Shown one piece after another: positions 54,086 through 64,000 of a DNA stretch of 64,000 nt. Under the pieces are notes generated by a model, which did not search any database, was not told the origin of the DNA, and saw nothing but the letters and a program-made list of their open reading frames with translations. Location: contig CAVPSB010000015.1 in assembly GCA_963708025.1 (NCBI GenBank), positions 32,001-96,000 of the forward strand. Direction: 5' to 3'. How positions within the stretch are numbered: position 1 is the stretch's first letter; every line of letters starts with the position of its first letter. Position numbers and translations under genes: made by a program. Source of the stretch: an uncultured Candidatus Rokubacteria bacterium. Lineage in GTDB: Bacteria; Methylomirabilota; Methylomirabilia; Rokubacteriales; DASRDR01.

Positions 54086-56083
54086 TCATGAGCCGATCTC
54101 GCCCCCATCCTGCTTCGTGATCACGACGACGGCCGGACGCGGCGGCACCCCCGGGCTGAAGTCCGGCCAGCGCGTCGTCGGCTTGTCGAAGGTCGAGCCC
54201 CGCTCTTCGCCCGGGTGCTGGACGGCCACGAAGAGCGTCCGGCCGTCCGGGGTGAGCACCGGCCCGCACACCTCGCCCCCCCGCGGCGCCGCAAAGAAGC
54301 GCCGGGTCACCGCCCGGCCGGGCCCGGCGGTGTCCGCCGCGTACAGTGCATCGGCAGCCGGCGGCTGGGCCTGGGTGGGCATGCCGTCGGTGGCGATCCA
54401 GATCCGACCCCGGGGGTCGAAGGCGACGTTGTCGGGGGCCGCCAGCCAGCCGCTCGGGGTGACGCCGGGCCCGTACTTCGACCCCTGCTCCGGCTTGCCC
54501 GGATCCCCGGCCAGGAGGAAGAACTCCCACCGGTAGCTGTCGGCGGTGTGGTCGGCCGCCCGCCCCGGCCCCCCGGGCGGGATCAGCTCGATGACGTGCC
54601 CCCACCGGTTGCCCGGCCGCGGATTGGCCGCATCGGCCCGCTCGCGCGCGTTGGGATCGTCCTTCGGCTTCCGCCGATCGTTGGAGGTGAGGACGATGTA
54701 GACTCGACCGCTGGCCGGGTTGGGCTCCACGTCCTCCGGCCGGTCCATCGGGGTCGCCCCGACCAGGTCGGCCGCCCGTCGCGCCTCGATCAGGACGTCG
54801 GCCTGGCTCTGGAAGCCGTTGGCCGGCCCGAGAGGTCCCTGGCCGTGAACGAGCGGGAGCCAGGTGACGGTCCCGTCTGCGTCGAACCGCGCCACCGACA
54901 GGGTCCCCTGGTCGAGCAGGTCGGCATTGGCCCGCCGGTCGCTCGGATCGAACCGGGCGGCGGTCACGAACCGGTACACGTACTCCCATCGCTCGTCGTC
55001 GCCCGAGTAGACGGCGACGCGGCCGTCGGGGGCTACCACCGTCGTGGCGCCCTCGTGCTTGAAGCGGCCGAGCGCGGTGCGCTTCACCGGCGTCGACTGG
55101 GGATCGTAGGGGTCGTACTCCACGACCCAGCCGAAGCGGTTGGGCTCGTTCGGCTCCTTCTCGACGTCGAAGCGCGGGAAGTAACGACCCCACGAGTTGT
55201 CCTGCCAGACCTCGACCCCGTACCGCCGGTGGTTGGCGGCCTCCGGCGTCTTCTTCGCGTCGCCCAGGAAGTAGCCGTTGAAGTTCTCCTCCCCCGACAG
55301 CACCGTCCCCCACGGCGTGACGCCGCCGGCGCAGTTGTTGAGCGTGCCGCGGACCGTGGTGCCGGCCGGGTCGGCCGCCGTGCGCAGCCGCGGGTGCCCG
55401 GCCGCGGGGCCGGCCAGGCGGAAGGCGGTGCCCTCGGTCGTGAAGCGGCGGTTGTACAGGCCGCCGGCCACGACCGCCCAGCGGCCGCCGGTCTTCCGGA
55501 CTTCCACGACCGTCAGGCCATGGGCCGCCAGGTCCACCTCGGCCTGCGCCTGCGTGAGGCCGGCGGGCCCGTTGTGCGGGCGGGTGAGGCCCGCGAACAT
55601 CAGCTCGGTATTCGTGTACTCGTGGTTGACGCAGAGGAGCCCGTGCTCCGAGCTCGGCGAGCCGGGCGGGAGCGGCATGTAGGCGAGGAAGTCGTTGTTG
55701 TAGCCGAGTTGCCCCGCCTGGGCGCCGGCGTCGAGCCTGGCCGGGTCGAACGGCGGCGCCCCGGCCAGCACCGGGTCGCCCCACCGGATCAGCACGTCGG
55801 CCGAGTAGCCCGGCGCCACGTGGTGGCGCTCGTCGAGCCCGTGGGGGATCTCGGTGAAGGTCAGGGTGGAGCCGCCGGCCGGCCCCTGGGCCTGCGCCCG
55901 CGTGGCCCGGCCGGCGGGCCAGGCCGCCGCGACCGTGGCCGCCACCAGGCCGCGCAGCAGCTCGCGGCGACCGAGCCGCGCGGCGATGACGTCCTGGATC
56001 GTGGGCGGCATGGGCCGCTCGACCCCGACATCTTCGGGCGCCACCTCGTCGGCCCAGGTCTCCTCGTCCCGCACCCTGTCCAT
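54086..56083 (-). CDS. phoX: PhoX family alkaline phosphatase (Tat signal)
   Basis: GRRELL Tat motif; NHEYT, NCAGG.TPWGT..SGEEN, GRFKHE, MDRPED, PDN, QHPGE. Confidence 0.93.
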   Translation of the reverse strand: MDRVRDEETWADEVAPEDVGVERPMPPTIQDVIAARLGRRELLRGLVAATVAAAWPAGRATRAQAQGPAGGSTLTFTEIPHGLDERHHVAPGYSADVLIRWGDPVLAGAPPFDPARLDAGAQAGQLGYNNDFLAYMPLPPGSPSSEHGLLCVNHEYTNTELMFAGLTRPHNGPAGLTQAQAEVDLAAHGLTVVEVRKTGGRWAVVAGGLYNRRFTTEGTAFRLAGPAAGHPRLRTAADPAGTTVRGTLNNCAGGVTPWGTVLSGEENFNGYFLGDAKKTPEAANHRRYGVEVWQDNSWGRYFPRFDVEKEPNEPNRFGWVVEYDPYDPQSTPVKRTALGRFKHEGATTVVAPDGRVAVYSGDDERWEYVYRFVTAARFDPSDRRANADLLDQGTLSVARFDADGTVTWLPLVHGQGPLGPANGFQSQADVLIEARRAADLVGATPMDRPEDVEPNPASGRVYIVLTSNDRRKPKDDPNARERADAANPRPGNRWGHVIELIPPGGPGRAADHTADSYRWEFFLLAGDPGKPEQGSKYGPGVTPSGWLAAPDNVAFDPRGRIWIATDGMPTQAQPPAADALYAADTAGPGRAVTRRFFAAPRGGEVCGPVLTPDGRTLFVAVQHPGEERGSTFDKPTTRWPDFSPGVPPRPAVVVITKQDGGEIGS

Positions 56084-56310
56084 GGATCCCTCCCTGTCGC
56101 GTGACTCGCCGCCGACGCTGCCTGCGGCGGCTTCCGGCCCGGCCGCCTCGCGCACGGGCGAAAACCGGGGCCCGGCGCCCCGATGATACCCATCTGCTCC
56201 ACGTTCGCCTAGGGGGCGTCGACCGCCACGACGCTGGCGATGCTGGAACGACTCGGCTATGCTCGAAGCCTCCGCGCTGCCCCGTCGTCGAGCTCTCACG
56301 GAGGTCGGTC

Positions 56311-56811
56311 ATGAGCGGGAAGGTCCGGATCTACATGGCGGGTCCGCTGGGCTTCTCCGAGGCCGGGCGCCACTTCCACAACTCCGCTCTCGTTCCCTTC
56401 GTGCAGCGCCTCGGGTTCGAGGTCGTCGATCCCTGGACGCTGACCGATCCGCGGAAGATCGAGGCGGTTCAGCGGATGCCGTACGGGCCGGAGCGACGCC
56501 ACGCGTGGCGGGAGCTCAACCGGGAGATCGGCACCAACAACCGGGCGGCCATCGACGGCGCGCGCGGCGTGGTGGCGGTGCTGGACGGCGTGGACGTGGA
56601 CAGCGGCACCGCGGCGGAGATCGGGTACGCGTTCGCGCGCGGCAAGCTCATCGTCGGCTATCGCGGGGACTTCCGCCTGAGCGCCGACAACGAGGGGAGC
56701 ATCGTCAATCTCCAGGTGGAGTACTTCATCCGGGAGAGCGGCGGCACCATCGTCGAGCGCTACGAAGACCTGGAGTCGGGCCTCCGGCCCCTGCGTCCCG
56801 GGCCTCCTTGA
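56311..56811 (+). CDS. Nucleoside 2-deoxyribosyltransferase family protein
   Basis: IYMAGPLGF, DSGTAAEIGYA. Confidence 0.9.
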   Translation: MSGKVRIYMAGPLGFSEAGRHFHNSALVPFVQRLGFEVVDPWTLTDPRKIEAVQRMPYGPERRHAWRELNREIGTNNRAAIDGARGVVAVLDGVDVDSGTAAEIGYAFARGKLIVGYRGDFRLSADNEGSIVNLQVEYFIRESGGTIVERYEDLESGLRPLRPGPP

Positions 56812-56929
56812 ACGGCCGCCGGCGCCTCGTCGGCGAGAGCGGCGGCCGGAGAGCGACACCGCGCGCGGGGTTCCCGCCCGATCTCGCGTGTCGCGGGAAT
56901 CCGGGCGGCGGGAACCGGCGGCGCCCGAG

Positions 56930-59581
56930 ATGAATCCGGGCAAGAAGCGGCTTCTGATCGACGTCGGCTTCATCACGGGCCTGCTCGTGCTCTCGGCCGT
57001 CCCGCTCGTCGTCTGGCGTCACTCGCCATGGTTACACGAGACGCGCTTCGTGCTGGGCTACTGGACGGTGTGGCTCCTCGGGGCCGGCCTCTGGCCGGTG
57101 ATCCACCGGCGGATCGACAGCGCCTCGCCGCCGGGGAATCCCGACGAAAGGGCCACCGGGAAACCGCGTGCGCGAGCGGCATGGATCCGGACCGCCATCG
57201 AGACGATCCTGCTCGGTGGCCTCACCGGGGTGACCTTCCTCGATCCGGTGCGCCGGCACTTCTGGGGCGGATACGACGAGCCCAGCTCCAGCCTCGCCAG
57301 CGAAAAGGCGCGGATCTGGAGCCAGGCGTGGGACGGCGAGCTGGGTCGCCCGTTGCTCGGTCTGCCGGCCCTGCTCGGTCAGATCCTGACCCCGGATCGC
57401 ATCGAGGGGTTCCTCTGGCTGGCCGCCGCCCTCTGCTTCTTGAACAGCGTGCTGCTGATGGCCATCATCCGGCGCCTGCTGCCCGGGGCGCTCCTGGTGG
57501 CCGGCGTGGCGGCGGCGCTGTTCATCGCCAATCGGGCCGAGCCGTTGCTCTTCTTTCCGCTCTGGACGACCAACTTCTACTGGCTGGCGCTGTTCTGGCT
57601 GCTCCTCGCGCTCTGGCTCCTGCTGCTGTCCCACGATCGCCAGGAACGGGGCCTCCTGGTGGCGTCCTGCGCGAGCCTCGGCGCCGCGCTCCTGACGAAC
57701 GAGGGCCTGTTCCCCCTGGCCCTGCTGGGCCCCGTCCTCCTCTGGCTCCGGCGCCGGCGCGGGTCAGAGCTGCGGATCTGGAGCTATGCCTGGCTCGGGA
57801 CCATGGCGCTGCTGGCCGTCCGGTTTGGCGCCTACCTCCTGTCGCGTCCGGACAGCTCCTATCATGCCCGGCTGCTTGCCGAGGTCGTCGGGCCGACCGC
57901 GCTCTTCCACAACCTCACGGCTTGTCTGATGCTCGGGCTCGCCTACTTCCAGTGGCCGACGTCGCCGCGCGAATACTGGCTTTCGTGGCTCGCGGCCTTC
58001 GTCCTGGGGGCCGTCCTTCTGACCGGGGCGGCCCGGCTCCCCGAGGCGGGGGGGCGGCGGGGAGCGTACGGGCTGGGCCTGGGCGTGGCCGCCCTGGGGC
58101 TGCTCCTCGGCATCGCTCCCTTCGTGCATCTGAACACGCCGTGGCGGACGCAGTACTTCGCGGGCCCGGGTCAGGCCGCGTCGCTGGCGTTCGCGATCGG
58201 CCTGCTGGGGTCGGTCCTCCCGGGCTGGCGGGGCCGATGTGTGGTCGTGGCGATCACGGGCCTGCTGGTGGCCAACGCGACGGCCGCCTCGCTTCGGTCC
58301 CAGGACTCGTCCGGCGCGCTCGTCCGCTTCGAGAAGACGGCCCACATCTTCCGGCAGATCCACGCGCTCTCACCTCGCCTCGGCCGCGACACGCTGGTTC
58401 TGCTCGTTCTCGACGACGACGGCGGCGACACGCCACTGGGACCGAACTACCACGTCTGCGCTCTGTCCTGGATCGTGCTCGGCGAGCTGGCGACGCAGGC
58501 GCACTTCGACGATCCCCACCGGAACCAGCCGATTTTCGCGCGGGATGGCGTGGAGGTCCGGTGCCGGGATCTCTTCCAGTACACGTACGATCAGATCGTG
58601 GCCTTTCGCCTGGCGGCCGACGGCACTGTCAGCCTCCTGCTGCACCTTCCGTCGTCGCTGCTGCCGGCGGAGAGCCTGGCCGGGCACTATCGCCCGCTGG
58701 CCCGACTACGCCCGGGCTCGATCGACGAGCCGCGCTACCTGCGCTACCCCTCGTGGAGCGAGCGACCGGGGGATGTGCTGGAGACGGAAGACGGCGTGAT
58801 GCTCGGCGAAAACTGGAGCCCCGTGAGGCGCGAGGGGCGACAGATCTTCCGCTGGGCCGACCGGGACGCCGCCATCGCCGTGAATCCGGCGGGTCGCGAT
58901 CGGCGAACCATCGCGCTCGACGTGGAGCCCGGAGGCGATCTGAGCGGACGGGCGAGCGAGCTGCTCGTGCTCGATGGGACGGGCCGGGTCGTCGCCAGCG
59001 CTCGGCTGGACGGCGGCCGGCAGGTGGTTCCGCTCACGCTGCCTCTGGAGCCGAGCCAGGTGGCGGTGTTCCGGCTGCGGATCCGGCCCGGCGATCCCTC
59101 GGTCACGGGAGACGCCGCCGGGTGGTACCTCCGGGTGTTCGGTCCGGATCGCGGGAGAAGCGACGATCGCCGGGCGACCGACCGGGCGTCCGACATCGTC
59201 GAGCGCGATCTCTACCTACGGCTGGGCCGGAACTGGTATCCGCTCGAACGATTCGGGGGGCAGGCCTTCCGCTGGCTGAACGACGATGCCGAGATCCTCG
59301 TGGACCATCTCCCCCCTGGCGCCCTGGTCCTGGCGCTGGACCTGGCGCCGGGGCCGGGGCTCCGGGGACAGCCGTGCCGCCTCCGCGTGGCCGATGGGAG
59401 CGGGCGGGTCGTGGCCACGGCGAGCGCGCCGGGGCGCCAGGTGATCCGGGTCGCACTGACGATCACCGCGCAGCCCATGGAGGTCTTTCGGCTGCGGGTG
59501 GAGGGCGGAGGGTTCCCGACCGCCGGCGATCCCCGGATCCTGAACTGCCGGGTGTTCGCCGTCCGACGGCTCGGGAGCTAG
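56930..59581 (+). CDS. Large polytopic membrane protein, possibly GT-C-like, with two repeated extracytoplasmic beta-domains
   Basis: About 12-14 TM segments; twice-repeated G.NW.P......FRW...DA module; next to glycan genes. Confidence 0.6.
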   Translation: MNPGKKRLLIDVGFITGLLVLSAVPLVVWRHSPWLHETRFVLGYWTVWLLGAGLWPVIHRRIDSASPPGNPDERATGKPRARAAWIRTAIETILLGGLTGVTFLDPVRRHFWGGYDEPSSSLASEKARIWSQAWDGELGRPLLGLPALLGQILTPDRIEGFLWLAAALCFLNSVLLMAIIRRLLPGALLVAGVAAALFIANRAEPLLFFPLWTTNFYWLALFWLLLALWLLLLSHDRQERGLLVASCASLGAALLTNEGLFPLALLGPVLLWLRRRRGSELRIWSYAWLGTMALLAVRFGAYLLSRPDSSYHARLLAEVVGPTALFHNLTACLMLGLAYFQWPTSPREYWLSWLAAFVLGAVLLTGAARLPEAGGRRGAYGLGLGVAALGLLLGIAPFVHLNTPWRTQYFAGPGQAASLAFAIGLLGSVLPGWRGRCVVVAITGLLVANATAASLRSQDSSGALVRFEKTAHIFRQIHALSPRLGRDTLVLLVLDDDGGDTPLGPNYHVCALSWIVLGELATQAHFDDPHRNQPIFARDGVEVRCRDLFQYTYDQIVAFRLAADGTVSLLLHLPSSLLPAESLAGHYRPLARLRPGSIDEPRYLRYPSWSERPGDVLETEDGVMLGENWSPVRREGRQIFRWADRDAAIAVNPAGRDRRTIALDVEPGGDLSGRASELLVLDGTGRVVASARLDGGRQVVPLTLPLEPSQVAVFRLRIRPGDPSVTGDAAGWYLRVFGPDRGRSDDRRATDRASDIVERDLYLRLGRNWYPLERFGGQAFRWLNDDAEILVDHLPPGALVLALDLAPGPGLRGQPCRLRVADGSGRVVATASAPGRQVIRVALTITAQPMEVFRLRVEGGGFPTAGDPRILNCRVFAVRRLGS

Positions 59582-59691
59582 TGCCGTTCCAACTACATGA
59601 GCCAAAGTGGGGCAAGCGAAAGCGATTCTTGGAGCACGGACTTGCCGCATTCCTCGAAAGCACTAGCTGGAACAAGTTGGAACGGCACTAG
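59578..59691. mobile_element. 114-bp MITE-like element with perfect 17-bp inverted ends including CTAG
   Basis: CTAGTGCCGTTCCAACT ... AGTTGGAACGGCACTAG; interior less GC-rich; no convincing ORF. Confidence 0.8.
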
Positions 59692-59710
59692 CCCCACGCG
59701 CCCCTCTGAA

Positions 59711-59747
59711 CCCTCACCTCGACCCTCTCCCTGGAAGGGAGAGGGAG
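59711..59747 (-). repeat. Palindromic repeat family C copy
   Basis: CCCTCACCTCGACCCTCTCCCTGGAAGGGAGAGGGAG, nearly identical to 41706-41742. Confidence 0.85.
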
Positions 59748-59782
59748 CGGAGTGGGACCGCCGACGACCTGGCCACGGGTGA

Positions 59783-60523
59783 TCAGCAGCGGGGCCGCCG
59801 GGCTCCGGGCAAGGCTCTCAGGCCCCACGGGTCCGCGAAGGGGAGGCGGGCCCGGGCGAGATTGACGAGGAACTGCAGGCAGGTCGTCCACCGGACGGTG
59901 GAGCGGCCCGTCTTGCGCGGCTCGAACTCGAGGTCGACCTCGCACACGGTCAGGTCGAGGCGCTGGGCCTTCAGGACGAGCTCGGCGTCGATGAAGTTGT
60001 CGGTGCTCCTGAGCTGGAGGGCTAGGTAGGCGTGGCGGGTGAGCAGCTTCGGGTGCCCGTTGACATCGTCGAAGGGAATGCCGAAGCAGATCCGCATCAG
60101 TGTGTTGTAGGCAGAGGAGACGACTGCTCGATGCCAGCCGTCCCGGCGCACCGTCCTGCGCCCTTTCCCGATGTCGGCCTTCGTCTCGTCCATTCGACGC
60201 AGGAGCCGTGACAGGACCATCGGGTTGACCTGTCCGTCGCCCGGCATGTATCCGACGATGTCCCCGGCGCATTCGGCGAGCCCCTGGAGGATGCCGTGGC
60301 CGAACCCCCGGTTGACCGGGACGACGACCACCCGCAGCGCCTTGTGCTCGCGCTCGAGGCGCGCGAGGATCTGCCCCGTCCGGTCCCCGGAGCCGTTCTG
60401 CACGGCGACGATCTCGAAGGAGACTCCGCTGCGCTCGAGCTCGCCACGGGCTCCGCCGACGACCTCCTCCACGCATTGCTCCTCGTTGTAGAAGGGGAGG
60501 ACGATCGACAGGAGCGGCGGCAT
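59783..60523 (-). CDS. Glycosyltransferase family 2 (Dol-P-Man synthase-like)
   Basis: SIVLPFYNEE, NGSGDRT, NRGFG, GDGQ. Confidence 0.9.
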   Translation of the reverse strand: MPPLLSIVLPFYNEEQCVEEVVGGARGELERSGVSFEIVAVQNGSGDRTGQILARLEREHKALRVVVVPVNRGFGHGILQGLAECAGDIVGYMPGDGQVNPMVLSRLLRRMDETKADIGKGRRTVRRDGWHRAVVSSAYNTLMRICFGIPFDDVNGHPKLLTRHAYLALQLRSTDNFIDAELVLKAQRLDLTVCEVDLEFEPRKTGRSTVRWTTCLQFLVNLARARLPFADPWGLRALPGARRPRC

Positions 60524-60542
60524 TCCGGGGATCCGGGAGGGG

Positions 60543-60601
60543 CTCAGTTCGGGACCTCCCTCCCACCCGGGCCGGACATCCCGATTCCTTCACACGCTCT
60601 C
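60543..60601 (-). repeat. Intergenic repeat family A, short copy 3
   Basis: Minus strand GAGAGCGTGTGAAGGAAT...GGGAGGTCCCGAACTGAG, starting at a stop codon. Confidence 0.75.
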
Positions 60602-62319
60602 ACGTCCCCTCCAGGTCCAGCGGCTTAGCCAGGGGTTCCATCTGCGTCATGGGTCGACCGAACGCGATCTTCGGGTACGCGTTGGCGAACGTGTCGACGA
60701 CCACCTGGAGGAGGGAGGGAGACTCGGGCGCGCGCCACAGCCGCCCGATGGCGTCCGGCACGTCGGCGGCCTTCTCGACCGTGTCCGCCTCGAGGCCGTA
60801 GGCCTGGGCGACCCGGGCGAAATCCGGGGCCGAGTAGCCCCAGTAGGTGGACTGGTAGCGCCCGTCGAAGTAGCTCTCCTGGAACTGCCGGACCATGCCG
60901 TGGCAGCGGTTGTTGAGCACGACGATCTTCATCGGGAGCCGGTTCCGGACCACCGTCTCCAGTTCCTGGAGGTTCAGCTGGAAGCCGCCGTCCCCGGCGA
61001 TCAGGACGACCGGTCGGGGGGCCACGCCAGCGCGGCGCCGACGGCGGCGGGGAGGCCGAAGCCCATGGCGCCCATCCCGCCGGATGTCAGGAAGCGTTGG
61101 GTCCGATCCAGGTCCAGCGACTGGGCGGCCCACATCTGGTGCTGGCCGACGTCGGCCACGAACACCCCGGCCGCCGAGGATTGCGCCGCCAGCTCGTGCA
61201 TGAATTCATTCGGGTTGATGCCGTGGACGTCGGGGAGCTCCCCCGTGTCGGGCCACCGACGCTTCAGCGCGGCGATCGCCGCCGCCCACTCGAGCCGCTC
61301 CGGCAGGTCGGCCCGACCGCGGCCCGCGTGGCCTCGGCCAGGAAGGATGCCAGGTTGACGCACACGACCTGACAGCCCGTCACCCGGTTGTTGATCTCGC
61401 CGGGCTCGCAGTCCACGTGGTACACGACGCGATCGCCCTTGAAGGCGGCGGTGTCGGATCCGGTCTGCCGGATGTCGAGACGGCTGCCCAGCACCAGGAG
61501 GAGATCCGCCTCGCCGAGGGCGGTGTTGGCCCAGCGGTTCCCGTAGGTCCCGATCATCCCGACCCGCAGCGGGTCCGGGCCCGGAAGCGCGTCCATCGCC
61601 ATGAGGGAGTGGACCACCGGCACCTTCACCGTGGCCACGAAGCGTCGGAACTGATCGATCGCGCGCGCGGTCCGGATGCCGCCGCCGGCCAGGATGAGCG
61701 GGCGGCGCGACGCCCGGAGCGCCGCCAGCACGGCCTCGATCTCGGCGACGCCGGCGGGGGGGCTCGCCGCGGGCCCCACGCGCCGGGGGGGCTCGAGCGC
61801 CAGGTCGACGCGCTGCACGTCCATCGGGATGTCGACCAGGACCGGTCCGCGTCGCCCCGACAGCGCCAGCTCGAAGGCGCGCGCCAGCAGCGCCGGGACC
61901 TCCTCCGGCGATCGACACGGCCAGGCGGCCTTCGTGATGGGCTGGGCCATCGCGACGATGTCGGTCTCCTGGAACCCGAGCTGGCGGATGGCACGCGCGC
62001 CCTTCTGCTCGCTGCGGTTGACCTGGCCCGTGATGAAGACGGCCGGCGAGGAGTCGAAGTAGCAGCTGCCGACGCCGGTGAGCAGGTTGGTGGCCCCCGG
62101 TCCGCTGGTCGCCATGGCCACGCCGGGGATGCCCGTCAGCCGCGCCATCGCGTCGGCGGCGAAGGCGGCGGCCTGCTCGTGATGCGTGGAGACGAGGCGG
62201 ATCGACCCCTGGACGGCGATCGAATCGATCAGGTGGGCGATCATGCCGCCGACGACCTCGAAGACGTGCGTGACGCCCTGGCAGTCGAGGAACCGCGCGA
62301 CGTAGTCCGAGACCTTCAC
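60600..62319 (-). CDS. ThDP-binding acetolactate-synthase-like enzyme (frameshifts near 61310 and 61025)
   Basis: HEQAAAFAA, TSGPGATN, DVGQHQMW, GAMGFGLP, GDGGFQLN. Confidence 0.88.
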
Positions 62320-63286
62320 GAGGGGGTCTCGCGGGCTCCGGACGACCGGACCGGAGCGCCACCGTCCGGTCCGAGCCGGGCCCGGTACCACTCGACGGTG
62401 GCGCGGAGGCCCTCGTCCAGCGACACCTTCGGTCGCCAGCCCGTCGCGGCCTGGAACCGGCCGATGTCGGCCTCCAGGCGCATGGGCTGCCCGGCCGGGT
62501 AGGGCAGCGCCCCGAGGCCGAGCGGGAGCGCCGGGTCGATCAGGTCGCGCAGGCGCTCGGCGATCTCGCGGACCCGGTGGGCTTCCCCGGAGGCGAGGTT
62601 GAAGAGGCCGTGCGCCCGCGAGCCGACGGCGGCTCGTAGACGGCGGCCGCCGCGTCCTCGACGTGGAGGTAGTCCCACCACTGCTCCCCCGCCGTCAGCG
62701 CGGGAGGTCGCCCGCGGAGAAGCTCGGCGATCACGGTCGGGATCAGCCGCGTCTCGGTGTCCTTCGGACCGTAGGTGGCGAGCAGGCGGAGCCAGATCGA
62801 GCGGATCCCGGCCGCCTCGCAGGTGGTCAGGGTCAGGAGGCCGACGCAGAGCTTCGTCACGCCATAGGCCGTGACCGGCCGGGCCGGCAGGTCTTCCCGC
62901 CAGGGGCCCGGCAGCACGCCGTACTCGGCCTGCGAGCCCAGGCCGACCCAGCACTCGCAGCCGGCCTCGAGCGTGATCTGGAGCAGGTGCAGGCTGCCGA
63001 CGACGTTGGCCTCGATCTGCGCCGACCGCTCCACGGCGGGATCCCACGCGCCGAGCCAGCCCAGGTGGAAGACGGTCTCCGGTCGGAAGTCCAGGAGCTC
63101 GGCTCTCACCCGATCGATGGCGTTCAGGTCCCCCCGGACGAGCCGGGCCTGGAGCGCGATGTCGGCGATCCGCCAGAGGTCGCTGTGCGGGCGCACCAGC
63201 AACGCCACCTGGTGGCCTTGCCGCACGAGGAGACGGGTGAGGTAGGAGCCGAGCTGGCCCGACGCGCCGGTCACCAGGCACCGCAC
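62316..63286 (-). CDS. NAD-dependent sugar epimerase/reductase (frameshift near 62630)
   Basis: LVTGASGQLG, YGVTK, DYLHVED, GWRPKVSLDEGL; GTGA coupling to the next gene. Confidence 0.88.
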
Positions 63287-63307
63287 GCTCGGGAGGCTCC
63301 GGTGTCC

Positions 63308-64000
63308 TTACACGACGGAGGGGGCCGCCGGGGCCCTCTCCGTCGATCTCAGCTCGAGGGCGGCGGCGTGCAGCACCTCGATCACGTAGTCGATCATGGG
63401 CGGGGTCAGACCCGGGTACACGCCGATCCAGAACACGGAGGTCAGGACGAAGTCGGCGTTCGCCAGGGCCCCGACCAATCGATGCCGCACGTCGCGGTAG
63501 GCGGGCTGGCGGAGCAGGTTGCCGCCGAACAGCAGACGGGTCGCGACCCGGCGATCCTCGAGATACCGGACCACGGCGTCTCGCGTGAACGGCGCGCCGG
63601 GCCGCACCGCGAGCGGAAAGCCGAACCAGGACGGGTCGGCGTGCGGCGTCGCGGCCGGGCGGACGAAGACGTCGTCCAGGTCCCGGAGCCCGGCCTGCAG
63701 CCGGGCGAAGTTCTCGCGCCGGGCCTGGATGAAGCCCGGGAGCTTGGCGAGCTGAGCCACGCCGATGGCCGCTTGCAGCTCGGTCAGCTTCAGGTTGTAG
63801 CCGATGTGCGCGTACGTGTACTTGTGATCGTAGCCGCACGGCAGGTCGCCCAGCCGCCAGTCGAAGCGCTTGCCGCAGGTGTTCTCCTGGCCGGGATCGC
63901 ACCAGCAGTCCCGTCCCCAGTCCCGGAAGGACTCCACCAGGGTCTTGAGCACCGGCTGGTCGGAGAGGACGCAGCCGCCCTCCCCCATGGTGATGTGGTG
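63308..64000 (-). CDS. rfbH: CDP-4-keto-6-deoxyglucose 3-dehydrase (RfbH/DdhC), 5' part outside the window
   Basis: HHITMGEGG (His in place of the usual Lys), [23 protein letters not shown]. Confidence 0.92.
   Translation of the reverse strand, partial: HHITMGEGGCVLSDQPVLKTLVESFRDWGRDCWCDPGQENTCGKRFDWRLGDLPCGYDHKYTYAHIGYNLKLTELQAAIGVAQLAKLPGFIQARRENFARLQAGLRDLDDVFVRPAATPHADPSWFGFPLAVRPGAPFTRDAVVRYLEDRRVATRLLFGGNLLRQPAYRDVRHRLVGALANADFVLTSVFWIGVYPGLTPPMIDYVIEVLHAAALELRSTERAPAAPSVV

Overview
Very GC-rich bacterial DNA. The gene content would fit a soil lineage such as Ca. Rokubacteria, but that is inference only. Many otherwise intact genes carry single-base frameshifts, probably long-read indel errors. 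0-22 kb: a stress/dormancy-like region (USPs, HPF/RaiA, BON, glycogen phosphorylase, DUF2267, DUF6335, YbaK, histone-like KAATTR protein, Pcm-erythromycin esterase fusion, small Cys/His-rich proteins) in which nine intergenic sigma54-like -24/-12 boxes point at the transcription units. It also holds an ACP-FAAL-PlsC fusion and tdh-kbl. 22-46 kb: pdhAB, an M20 hydrolase, YciI-ECF sigma, a MoxR/DUF58/vWA operon, a TRAP transporter, a deoxyhypusine-synthase-like gene, an S1 protein, an IS110 element, and a classical C2H2-finger/coiled-coil orphan. 46-57 kb: nucleoside uptake and salvage with PhoX. 57-64 kb: a surface-glycan cluster with RfbH and a ThDP enzyme. The best-supported highlight is the IS110 at 40514-41681. 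Its CT core, its circle-junction promoter (TTGACA-17-TATATT) and a bridge-RNA-like non-coding end with all four guide segments can be read directly from the sequence, and it has inserted into a palindromic repeat that the guides match. Several families of intergenic palindromic repeats and a 114-bp MITE are present. No rRNA, tRNA or CRISPR array was seen.
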